Part shown: positions 1 through 24,263 of the stretch, piece by piece
How positions within the stretch are numbered: the stretch's first letter is position 1
Layout of the letters: the number at the start of each line of letters is the position of its first letter
From: Macrostomum lignano
Taxonomy: Eukaryota
Direction of reading: 5' to 3'
DNA length: 64,000 bases
NCBI GenBank assembly: GCA_002269645.1
Contig: NIVC01000346.1
Coordinates: 62,001-126,000 of the forward strand
Translations under genes and position numbers: made by a program
Notes under the pieces: model-generated
What the model was told of the DNA's origin: nothing
Databases searched by the model: none
The model's input: only the letters and a program-made list of their open reading frames with translations

Positions 1-470
1 GATTCCTGGCTCAGATTATCGCCTAGAAGTGCTGTGGAGTAGCTGGTCCACCTAACCTACAGACACAACTCGAACAGATTTCTCTATCTGTTTGAGGCTC
101 TGGCTCTCAGAGCCGCCGAGAAAGTTTAGTGCAGAAAATGCTTCAGTTTGTTAGAATGCAATCAGAACAGATTCCTAGAAAGTGAGCTAGTCCAGCATCA
201 AGGCAGAACATCTGGATGTGTAACGAGAGGCTCTCGGAGACTCCTGGCTCAGATTATCGCCTAGAAGTGCTGTGGAGTAGCTGGTCCACCTAACCTACAG
301 ACATAACTCGAACAGATTTCTCTGTCTGTTTAGGCTCTGGCTCTCAGGTGGTCCACATAACCTACAAACACAACTGAAGCAGCTCTCTCAGTCTGTTTGA
401 GGCTTTTGCTCTCGGAAGGTGGTCCGCCTAACCTACAGACACAACTGGAACAGATTTCTGTGTCTGTTTG
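1..470 (+). repeat. Imperfect ~240-bp tandem duplication with shorter sub-repeats
   Basis: 1-108 recurs at 241-348. GGTCCACCTAACCTACAGACACAACT variants occur at about 45, 284, 350 and 421. Confidence 0.75.
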
Positions 471-1547
471 ATTGTCAGTTAATTTTATTTTCTACCTTTG
501 TAGGAGCCTGTGGTTGATTTTGTTCGCCTGAGCTCGACGAGACTGACTGCGTTTCACCGAGATGAAGGTTAAAACGAACTGTAAAAGAATATTCAAACCA
601 CTAATTGACGAGAAATATAGAAAGGTTCATCATAGAGCTGAGCTGACGAAAGCGGATTCGATGGCCGAGTAAGCTTAAATTCGTGAGAGAGGCAATGACA
701 GATCAATAACAGAAGCGGTCCCGGACCACGGAGGCAGGGAAGGTCCAGGAGAATATTTCGTAGAAAAAATAAGAAGATTAAGCCATCATCTGCGTGAACG
801 AAAAGATGAAAGTCGGTAAAATGATTGGCTTATCATATGATTGCTCACCAACTCATTCAGTATAATAGGACTGGTGTAGTCAAATCATTTTATTTTCAGT
901 TTTAGTAACTTTTGTCGTTTTTAAAAATGCCCTTCAACTTCTTGTAGGCTCGTACTCGGATGACCTTTTTTAACTAATGGAATCTTACGTTTGTTAACAT
1001 GTATTTGAAGCATACATTTTGACCTAAAATAGTTTTAATGAGTTTACAGTTAGTATTTGATATGATTCGGTATTTATTTTCAAAATGCTTTATTTTCATT
1101 CACCTTCTTGTATTCACGCGACGCAACTAACTAATGCGATCGTACATTTGTTTAACCCGATTAACCCGATTAGTAATGCTAAATAAATTGGTTTGAACTT
1201 GGGGTAGTTTCATTAAATGACGTCGTAACCCTTTTATCTGTTCTTTTTGAGAATTTCTGTTTTAATTAGTTCAAAAGAACAGTTTAAAGCAATAAATTTT
1301 CTACAACGAAAGAGGTCTAACTAAACCAACTGTTTTTTTGCGGTCCACCTAACCCGGTCCCCAAAGCGTAGTTAGTGAACCACCACAGTTTCCCCGAACT
1401 GGCTATTCCGTCAAGTTAACAAAAAGATAACCCTAGCTAGCCTTTCGCGTTGTCAAAACAGACTCTATTTTTTAACCGGAATTGCGTGGTCCACGTAACG
1501 CATTAACATAACTCAGGTCCCGCTAAACACACAGACAGTCGTAAGAG

Positions 1548-2807
<1,260 letters not shown>

Positions 2808-3684
2808 TATACCCTGGAGTCGCCCCAGTCACTTACGAATCGCACTGAGTGTCTGTCCGTCTGTATACCCCTTTCAACTCTGATCTTGCCACACTCCCAA
2901 TCGGACGCGCATTGGATCTATGCAGAGCGGCTCTAGTATGGAAATCGATAATTTAACTGACAAAAGAACAATTTCAAAGCTCAGTCCTAAAGTCATTGTT
3001 AGTTAGTTATTATGACCAAATATAGCTCATATTTTAGGACTATTGTTACTTCCAGCATAATAGTTACATACCATTCACCAGCTCTTGCACAGTTTGTTCA
3101 TTTTTCTTCGGAATATTTGTTGTCATATACTAATTATAATGGATATGCATATATTCACCTAACTTATTTATTATACTGCTCTATAGCCAGTGACTGCAGA
3201 ATCCGACTCCTTAGAGTCCTCGTCTCCGCATCAGGTTGATTAATCAGCACATAAAATATTTGTTCTCAAAAAGCTTGAAAAAAGTAGAAATTCTCTTCTC
3301 CGAAGTTCTCCTTGCTTCCTGGTACAGACACTTTTCTAAGTGAAACAGACTTTAATTACTTGTAATGGAATTACGGTTTGCTAGGCTTTTATAAATTACC
3401 AATAAGCAAGTGCAGACGATAACTAGAGTCAGTGCTGTTTATCTTTTTTATTTTTCATTTACAATTCTTTCATTTGGTGAATCATTAAATTATAATTGCT
3501 CTTTATATATTGCTACATTTTTGGACTTTACTCTGTATGCATTTTTATTCTAAGTATTGCACTTCACTATGCACCTTTATAGGGACATTTTAGGCATCTT
3601 TTCAGTTCAGGAAACTGATTCTACCAGTCTGTTAGAAACGGCTAGCGTATTTTAAGACTTTCCATGTTAGATAGACATCGTCTC

Positions 3685-4225
3685 AGCCAATGGGAATCGC
3701 CCAGTCACTTAGAAATCGCCCCAGCCAATTAGGAATCGCCTCAGCTTATTAATAATCGCATTAGTTACTTGGGAATCGCCCAGTCACTTAGGAATCACCC
3801 CAGCCAATTAGGAATTGCCCCAGCCAATTAGGAATTGCCCCAGCCAATTAGGAATCACCCCAGCCAAATAGGAATTACCCCAGCCAATTAGGAATTGCCC
3901 CAGCCAATTAGGAATCACCCCAGCCAATTAGAAATCACCCCAGCCAATTAGGAATCACCCCAGCCAATTAGGAATCACCCGGCCAATTAGGAATCACCCC
4001 AGACAATTAAGAATCACCCCAGCGAATTAGGAATCACCCTAGCCAATTAGAAATCACCCAGTCAATTAGGAATCACCCCAGCCAATTAGGAATCACCCCA
4101 GCCAATTAGGAATCACCCCAGACAATTAAAAATCACCCCAGCCAATTAGGAATCGCCCCAGTCAATTAGAAATCCCTCCAGTCACTTGGAAATCGCCTTA
4201 GCCAATTTAAAATCGCCCTCCTATT
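3685..4225. repeat. 19-21-bp minisatellite CAGCCAATTAGGAATCACCC
   Basis: Directly visible; abuts the WDR47 acceptor at 4246. Confidence 0.92.
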
Positions 4226-4246
4226 TGAAATCCCCTCTGCTTGTAG

Positions 4247-11779
<7,533 letters not shown>

Positions 11780-11974
11780 TGATCGCTAGCGCCTGTGCCA
11801 CCCAACCGACTTTTCTGTGTCTATAAACAGAGACATGTGAATTGAGTCTCTTAAACCTCAGTATCAGTTTGCACTTGTTTTGTTTCCATTTTTAGACAGC
11901 TTATTTAGCATATTTGAGAATACCATTTGTAAGAGTTCGTGTCATTTGTGAATGAATGAAGCCATTCTAAAGCA

Positions 11975-12482
11975 TCTGGTGCCATTTGTCAGCAAGTGGT
12001 GCCATTTGTCAGCGAGTGGTGCCATTTGTCAGCAAGTGGTGCCATTTGTCAGCAAGTGGTGCCATTTGTCAGCGAGTGGTGCCATTTGTCAGCAAGTGGT
12101 GCCATTTGTCAGCAAGTGGTGCCATTTGTCAGCAAGTGGTGCCATTTGTCAGCAAGTGGTGCCATTTGTCAGCAAGTGGTGCCATTTGTCAGCAAGTGGT
12201 GCCATTTGTCAGCGAGTGGTGCCATTTGTTAGCAAGTGGTGCCATTTGTCAGCAAGTAGTGCCATTTGTCAGCAAGTGGTGCCATTTGTCAGCAAGTGGT
12301 GCCATTTGTCAGCAAGTGGTGCCATTTGTCAGCGAGTGGTGCCATTTGTTAATAAGGGGTGCCATTTGTCAACAAGGGGTGCCATTTGTCAATAAGGGGT
12401 GCCATTTGTCAGCAAGTGGTGCCATTTGTCAGCAAGTGGTGCCATTTGTCAGCAAGTGGTGCCATTTGTCAGCAAGTGGTGC
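11975..12482. repeat. 20-bp minisatellite GTGCCATTTGTCAGCAAGTG downstream of the WDR47 stop
   Basis: Directly visible, about 25 units. Confidence 0.96.
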
Positions 12483-13134
12483 CCAGTATTCGCTTATTGT
12501 GTCATTTGTTAGCAAATGGCAAACATAATCACGCAAGATGAGGCACCGATATGCCATTATAATGATTATTGTACTTATTAATCGTTAATAATGTTATTAT
12601 AATGCCTAAAAAGAGGTTTTTATCTTGTTAAAAAAGTAAGCAATAAATTTATGGTCTGTAATTTTTTACAAGGTACATGTTAGCTGTATTTGTCAGTTGC
12701 ACAGATATTTTATTCAGTTTTATTATGTATTTAATTGTTTTGTTATAGTTGAACAAATCTATGTCTTGATATCCCGGCTTGTTGATTCCTATTCTGAATA
12801 TGAAATATTTTATTGTCTGAGTTTATACGACACAAAAATATGTAATTTTCATAAATGCACTCTTGCTGCAGATGCTGAGTAGTATTCTCCGTGAGTTCGC
12901 AATTCTCTGGTCGCTTCTGTGCTGCTGCTGCTGCTAAAAGGCTTTCCCCATCTGCTGCCACCTGTTGCTATTCGCAGAAGCTAATTATGTTTTTTTCATA
13001 TATTGTTTTATTGCTATATTAGCTGCTTCTCTTGCGGTCTAAAGTCTCTTTAATGTTTCCTTGTGTTGTTTATGTAGACAATGCTTGTTAGACTGTTTGT
13101 GTACTTTTAGGAGCTTGTCTTGGCTTTGAATGGC

Positions 13135-13880
13135 TGGAAAATCGGCCTTCAAATCCTTAAACTCTATTAATACGTGAAAATCTGCATTGAAAATGTAGTA
13201 AAACTTTCAATTGGCTTTGAAATGTACAAACATGTTAAAATCGGCCTTCAAATCTTTAATAGTGTGAAAACAGGCCTTCAAATCTGCAAACACTGACCAT
13301 CGGCCATCAAAACACTGAAAATCGGCCTTAAGTCTAGTAAAACTTTAAATCGGCCTTCAAATCTGTAAACACTAAAAATCAGCTTTCAAATCTTCAAAAA
13401 CTGAAAATAGGCCTTCAAATTTAAACACTTAAAATCGGCCTTCAAATCTGTAAAACTCAAAATCGGCTTTCAAATCTGTAAAAGACTGGAAATCGGCCTT
13501 TAAATCTGTAAACACAAAAAATCGGCCTTCAAATCAAAGAAACTGGAAATCGGCCTTTAAATCTGTGAACACTGAAAATCGGCTTTCAAATCCATAAACA
13601 CTTAAAATCGGCCTTCAAATCCGTAGACACTGAAAATCGGCCTTCAAATCCGTAGACACTGAAAATCGGCCTTCAAATCTGTGAACACTGAAAATCGGCT
13701 TTCAAATCTATAAACACTTAAAATCGGCTTTCAAATCTATAAACACTGAAAATCGGCCTTCAAATCTGTAAACACTGAAAATCGGCTTTCAAATCTATAA
13801 ACACTTAAAATCGGCCTTCAAATCCGTAGAAACTGAAAATCGGCCTTCAAATCTGTAGACACTAAAAATCAGCCTTTGAA
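13135..13880. repeat. ~29-bp minisatellite AAAATCGGCCTTCAAATCTGTAAACACTG
   Basis: Directly visible. Confidence 0.9.
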
Positions 13881-14789
13881 TCTAATAAACTTTAAACTCA
13901 GCCTTCAAATTGTTTCACGCGTACCAATCAGCACAGGCAGTAAAAATTTCAACAGCAAGTCAAATCAGAGGTTTCTGCTGTCATCCGCGATCCGCACCGT
14001 TGCTTCCAAACCAATATATCATACTAATCCTTTAATACGAGTATTTGACTGTAATTGTTACAAGGTTCAAAGTAGTTGTTTTTAGTAAATACTAACCTGC
14101 TGTGAGTTGATTAACTTTTGATTCTCGGTATTTAATTGTTGTTTTACTGTTAGAAAATTATATGTAATTGATCGTGAATATTGCAATTAATATTTTCAAT
14201 TCTTGTCTCAAAATTGGGACCATATAAATTCAATTTTGCAAAAATATAATGCACCACATCTATTCCATTCAAAAAATGCCTAACTTCAGATGCATCCTAC
14301 TTCTAGTACTATAAAAGTATAACTGGAATTTTGAATGATAAACGGCTGAAAATTTGCTTTTTTATTGCTTAGGGTGATGGAGCGCGTGTTGATTTTGCTT
14401 TTAAGCTACTTGTAAGTAGTGTCTATGGTGTATTGGTGTGTGCGCGTTTTCAGCCTGTGATTTTTTCACACCCGTTTCTCGCTGGGTTTTTATGAGTGAG
14501 TATCCCAAATATATGAATTCTGATTTGTATTGCGAAATTAACTAATATTTATCTATATATTTTAATATTATATATTTATATTACTATTGAATTACCTATA
14601 TTATCTACTATGAGTATCTGCTTTTTGTATAAATTAAAATTATGAACAGAATGAACTTTTTTGTATGTCCTTAAAGTCAATTTGGGTCCACGAAATATAC
14701 AGCTTTGCATAAATGATCTGCTAATTTTTTTAATTTTGTTTTATTACTGTTTAAGGGTATGTGGCACGGCAACTCCATCAACTCACTAG

Positions 14790-15040
14790 CCGCATCTCAC
14801 TCTCTGAATCTTAACGTCTCCATCTCACCCTCTCAATCTTACCCCTCCATCTCCAGCTCCGTCTCACTCAATCACCCCCTCCATCTCACCCTCCCATCTC
14901 ACCCTCTCAATCTCCCCCTCCCAACTCACCCTCTCAATCTTACCCCTCCATCTCACTCTCCCGTCTCACTCAATCACCCCCTCCATCTCACCCTCCCATC
15001 TCACCCTCTCAATCTCACACACCCATCTTACCCACTGAGC
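14790..15040. repeat. CCATCTCACCCTC-type degenerate repeat
   Basis: Directly visible; includes a ~100-bp internal duplication. Confidence 0.75.
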
Positions 15041-15223
15041 CTGTCTACCAAATTTTCATCCCACCACATCGATCTCATCCTTTCCATCTCAGCCCATCTC
15101 ACTCTCTCTTTATCTCCGTTGATGGATGCTGAGAGCCTTGTGCACATGCACTATTAAAAGTCACCATTATAAGCTGCCTTGCGCTGTTCAGAGCTGGCAC
15201 ATCAAGTCAGAAAGGCAATCAAT

Positions 15224-18379
<3,156 letters not shown>

Positions 18380-18709
18380 TCTAGAAGTCGCAATTCCGTT
18401 CAACTCAGCTCAACTCACCAGTTTTTTTCTTTCTGCCTTTCTTAATAAACTCCTGGAGTGGATCGATATGAAAGACTATTTTTTAGACTGCAGTTGGCTT
18501 GGCGGGTTGCTGCAGCTCCACTGCCATGCTGCCGATATGGGGAGAAAGCTGATCGATTGGTCTGTTAAGTGCTGGTGAATGGTGGGAGGAGTGCGTCCGA
18601 ATGCAGGACAGAAGCCGCTGCGAGCGGTGCTTGGTGGGATTCAGCTACCACTGTGCTTGTGCAATGCGTATGCTGTGCGTGTTTTAATTGCTCTGGCAGC
18701 TGGACATAC

Positions 18710-19469
<760 letters not shown>

Positions 19470-21676
19470 AAGCATATATTTTTTGGACCTGAAATCGCCA
19501 GTCAATTTGGTGCTTTTCGCTATCAATTTGTTTTAATTAACGAACATCAAACTCCAAACCAGCCAGTCACGATGCATTCACCATCCTCTCTCTGTATGCG
19601 CATGGTCCTCTCTGTGGCCCGAATTGCTCGAAGTGGAAAACCAAATTGATTTCTGTCTATGGTAATAATGGACATTCTGATAGTCGATCCTAGCCATGAT
19701 ACAATTTTTGCTTGTAATAAATTGGGCGGGCCACCGCAGGAGGGAACGTGAGTTTTTGGGCTCCAGATGCTCATTTCGAGTGTATAGGGTCCTACGCACG
19801 TACTTCCCGAGGTTGCGTTACTTTCAGCCTTCCAATGCTAAGACCACTCAATTGCACTCACGGCCTTGCACAGCCTCCCCAAGCTGTGAACAGAAGTGGT
19901 GAGTTTTACATTTGGAGCAAGGAAAATAATCTACGAGAAAGAGGCAAGTACATGATGCATTAACTATATGCTACTAATAGCGACGAAATGCACAGAAAAG
20001 CAACAGACTTATACAGAATGAGAAAGACAGGGTAGTACCACACTTACTACACGATGAATTAAGCTTCAGGCCCGATTGTTTATCGAAATGGCGAGAAGCC
20101 AGAGTTGGGAGTGCGGAGGCGGATCCCTTTAATTAGCTCTGGGTAATTAATAATTCAACTAAGGCAGCTTGAGCTGCCTTCCCTTATGCCGAAGCTAATT
20201 GTGCCAGTTGTTGACAAGCGTTGCTGGGAAATGCTCTGGCATAAGAGAATGCGCTTAGTCGCAGCTTGCGGGAAAAGGATAGGAAGACGGGGCTCAAATT
20301 AATGATGAGGAGGCTTGTATGATGGCGCTGGGAAGCAGTTAACAATGGAGAACTTGGATGGGGCAGCTGAAGGCTTTGAAGGCAGAGGTGAGGCCCGCCT
20401 CAGGTTCTTAAGCAAAGAAATGGTCATTTCTGCAGTTTTCTAACTTGAGTTGCGGGGAAATTTTTGTACTTTTAAAAATATCACTGTAATTTTGTGCTGT
20501 TTTATATTGTTATATTTTACACTAGTACACAGAAGAAGCGATGCCGTGATGCAGTCCAGTTCGAATGTAGATCATACTTGATCGAGCATAGTTCAGTACG
20601 CCTTTTGTTCCCAGTCTTTGAAAAAATGAAGAGGAAACCAGAAAGTCAGTTGATAGCTTGTTATTTTTAAATAGGCGTCGAACAGTCAGACGCGCCAGTC
20701 GCTCGATCGTAGCGTCAAACAGTGCCGCGTTCATTGCCGCGCGTCCTCGACGACCGGCTCAATTAGAATGCCCTTTTAACCAAAGACTATTTGTTGTTAC
20801 TATTTCTTGCTTTCTAGGCCGGGTATTAATGGTGTCTATGGCGTTAAAGGCCGCTGTTATTGGCCTGTCAGGAAAAGTCATGGTATATTTCATTTTTTGC
20901 TGAGCATCAATGTACATTTCGAATTTCGGACAGGCGCTCTCATAAAAGTCTACATAAATTTCTGCTATACGAGAATTGGTGCCAAAACTTGGCTCAACCG
21001 AATTGGTCTATGCATGGCGACAATCCGATAAGTGCTATGCAAAAAAAAACGAAATTTTGAAAATTCAATTCCAAAAATCGTTAAAGCTCTTCAATAATAT
21101 GTTTCTGAAACTTTTTCTTGATAAACTTGTGATCGCAGCGTAAACGAATCGCGTGCTTACCTCATTTGGAATTTAGAGGTCCAGCAGATGAGCTATTGAG
21201 AATTTAGTACTAAAAAAACTAAATAACTTCTTATCTCGTCAGTGCGTTCTATAGAAAAACTGGCACAATTTCTTTTTTCTCCTTCTGCTTCAGCTGTCCA
21301 AGGCGCAAGATGCATTCAGCAGCTTTCAACAGTCCGCTATTGGTCGCCTACGTTGGGCAAACCCAGGAGCGCATCGGGCAACGCATTTAAGTTGGTAATG
21401 AGCTGTTTTCAACTGGACAAATTAAAGTGGTGACAACTATTTCACAAATAAAAAATACATGCCTAAACTGGTGAGTCTGCGATACCCGTATCTGAGTTCC
21501 TTAACCAGCTCAAGTCCTCTAAATTCTAAATATCGACACCGTCTCACCTGTCCTCGGTCACATCACGTGTTTATTAAATCGAGTTCGGCTTCGATCCTCT
21601 TCAGCACTGCCTTTCAATTCCGATCTTCCCACCTCACCGAATTCGTTAATCTGAATTTACCGACAGGAATACCGAC

Positions 21677-22702
21677 ATGACTTGCCGGAGAAGATGCACC
21701 TTTGATGTCGTGCTTGCTGTCTGCTTGACAGCTGCAGTGGCTGCGGAAGTCGTCAGTTCGGGTGTGCAGTTCTCCGCTGCCAGGACGAGCAGCGCTGTCG
21801 CTCCATCGGAGTTTCTCGCGCCGCCCGAAGACAGCGAGATCAACTGCGGCATCGTGTGCAGCCGCAGGTCGGTCTGTTTCGGCTTCTACTGGCTGCTCGG
21901 CGCGTGTCGGCTGTTCGACTTGCAGGCGTTTATCAACGCTAACGCCTGGGTCAGCATCGGCACCACGTGTGACGTTTTCACGCGAGGTGGGTTACCCGAT
22001 CGCAGTTGGCCTAGGCAGAAGAAAGGCCACTGCCAGTAAGGATTGCACAACCCCAAAAGCTCATTGAAAGAGGAAACCAAGCTAAACGAATGTCAGGAGC
22101 TCAAATTTTGGCACCTCTTGGACATGGCTGACACCTGTCTAGAAAATCAGGGGTTAGGGACGCCCACTTAGAGACAGCTAGGTGAAGCCCATCAAGAAAC
22201 CCCTTTGAGTTTCGGCCCCTTCATTTAGAATTCCTACGTACGTACATCTACCTACGTATAACACAGATATCACAGGAAACTGGTTGACCGTTCCTAATTT
22301 ACAGACTTTAAGAGACTGCCGATTGCCAGCTGCAGCGGGAGTTCATCGGTACAGCCGTGCAGCCGCGCCATCGATGGCAACACAAATCAAGATTATCATC
22401 AAAACTCCTGCACCCACACAAATGGCAACCTTAATGAGTGGTGGGAGGCCAGTCTCTCGGCTCCATCTCTCGTGTCATTCGTCACCATGTACAACAGGCA
22501 GGACTGCTGCCCTGAGAGACTAAACAAGTTCGACATCCTTGTGGACGGGTCTGTGTGCAACCAGGTGAGGCTTGGAGCTCCATTCTCTGTTTCCAACTTC
22601 ACCTGCAACGCCTTCGGCTCGAAGATCCGCATCTTGAGTCGCAGCAATCCCGCTGAGATCCTCACCATCTGCGAGTTCATGGCCTACGGCATCCAAGGTT
22701 AG
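21677..22702 (+). CDS. Secreted PAN/Apple + F-type (fucolectin) lectin, paralogue 1 (235 aa)
   Basis: Exons 21677-21986 and 22305-22702 (phase 1, G|AC). Signal peptide; CGIVCSRRSVCFGFYW..GAC Apple-type Cys pattern; AIDGN, CTHT, WW and NRQDCCPER give the canonical H-x26-RxD-x4-R fucose motif (counted by hand). Confidence 0.88.
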
Positions 22703-23921
22703 CGGGAGATTTGAGCATTGTGGTGTCGCATTTGCCAGAAACAGAAAAATATTGATGAAAATAAATTAAAAAGTGAATGAAGGAGAAAATATATGCTTTA
22801 TTTATATATATTAGATAAAAAACTGAAACCCTCTGCTATAAATTTAACTCAGTTTTTGGGTGAATAAAATGACTTTTCGGCTTTTCTCACCCTCGCTTCT
22901 GTTCGCGAACGTCTTCATGGTTTCCATTCGGCCCTTGCTGTTTATATACACTTTCTGAGCAAATTGATATAGTTTTCTCTCTTGATTACTTAAGTCATAA
23001 TTTCAGCCCAGAAACTTTTTCTTTGTTTTGCTTTAATCATGTCAAACTTGGAAGTCCAACATTTTACCTATGATTTCACTTACAAACATAAATCAAAAGA
23101 CCAACAATATATATTCTTGGTCAAAGTTAAAAATTGCAAGAAAGTAGTTTTTGCATTTGTTTGTCTTTTAGCCATATTCTATGTTTAAATGTTTTAGCTC
23201 GTAGTTTTTGAAGTCAAATTTTAGCTTTTTAACATGACCATTTTGCACCGGAGGGGCTCCAACTAGCTAGTCTATATACTATTTTTGCTCTCAGAAAGAC
23301 AATTAATATTTGCATTACCCTGACATCCCCACATTCTCGTTTGAGCAAAACTGGAACTTAAAGTGTTTCAGTTTAATTGTCTCACTATAAGCGAGCATTA
23401 TACACAACGTATACATATGCAAGTAGCTATAAGAATTTTAAACCTAAAACCCATACCATACTACTTAGGATGAGAAGTAGGATGAGAGAGGGGGAGAGTG
23501 AGAGGCAGAGAGATAATTTATGTATTATTCCGTCTTCTTTATAAACCTTTAATATGATAAAATTTGCGTTTTGTTATCATACTACTTACTAAAGCGAAAA
23601 AAGTGTTACATTAGATATCGAATCTGTTCTTCAATTGACAGATTCACGACAAAAACTGGATGGTTGAATAGAATTCACGATCTATTGAGTCGTGGCGGTA
23701 ACACGTCATCAATAACTGGATTCCTTAGGTCCGTCGAACGTTTTAATTTGGACACGGATTAGTCATATTAGGAATAAGTAAGTGATAATATCAAAAAGTA
23801 ACAAAAATATTCAATATAAGACTAACGTCGTAAATGAAGATTCGCTGGAGCTTTAGCTACTTTTCGTTTTATCGTGTGATTCTGAGAAATAGCATTGTAT
23901 TCAAAGCGCGTCTAAAATTTA

Positions 23922-24263
23922 CCCGATGAAAACGTTACCTAGGTGAGGTGAAGAAGCGTCCCAGAGTCCCGTGCATCGCCCCAAAGTTGTTTCAGAGGAT
24001 CGTTGCCGTTAACACAGGTAAAATGAGATGAGATGTCACGGTCGCCAAAAAGTAATCAAAGAGACGCCCAAGAGTCGTTTGAAGCGCATTTGCGTCACTT
24101 GATGAATTGTCACAAGCCGTCACTTGTCACAAACCGTCGCATTAGATCGACGCGTTTGAGTCGTTAAAAAGTCACAAGAGTCGCCCCAAAGTCACTAGAG
24201 CCACTAAATAGTTAATTGCAATGACTTTTTAGCGATTCTTGGTGCGGTACCGTTTTCAATGGG
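23922..24263. mobile_element. piggyBac-like MITE, 342 bp
   Basis: Left end CCCGATGAAAACGTTACC versus reverse complement of the right end CCCATTGAAAACGGTACC (15/18 match). CCC...GGG termini are flanked by TTTA and TTAA; no ORF inside. Confidence 0.6.

Noticed and set aside
504-570. Possible small exon EPVVDFVRLSSTRLTAFHRDE
   Set aside because: No recognisable homology and no partner exons.
2924-3234. Candidate upstream WDR47 exons (…TISKLSPKVI|GTTAGT at ~2924-2998; PVTAESDSLESSSPHQ|GT at 3187-3234), both phase 0
   Set aside because: Similarity is limited to ISKLSP, the acceptors are weak and composition is AT-rich; not supportable without RNA-seq.
12850-12962. Possible extra tyrosinase 3' exon (CAG|GTGGCAGCAG...)
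   Set aside because: The tyrosinase frame already ends in TAG at 15224, no donor precedes it, and no TM segment is encoded here.
20161-20180. Perfect hairpin AAGGCAGC-TTGA-GCTGCCTT
   Set aside because: Not followed by a CTRR Helitron end or a U-tract; an isolated 8-bp stem is expected by chance.
20522-20734. 70-aa minus-strand ORF (MNAALFDATIERLARL...)
   Set aside because: No recognisable family and no clear splice context.
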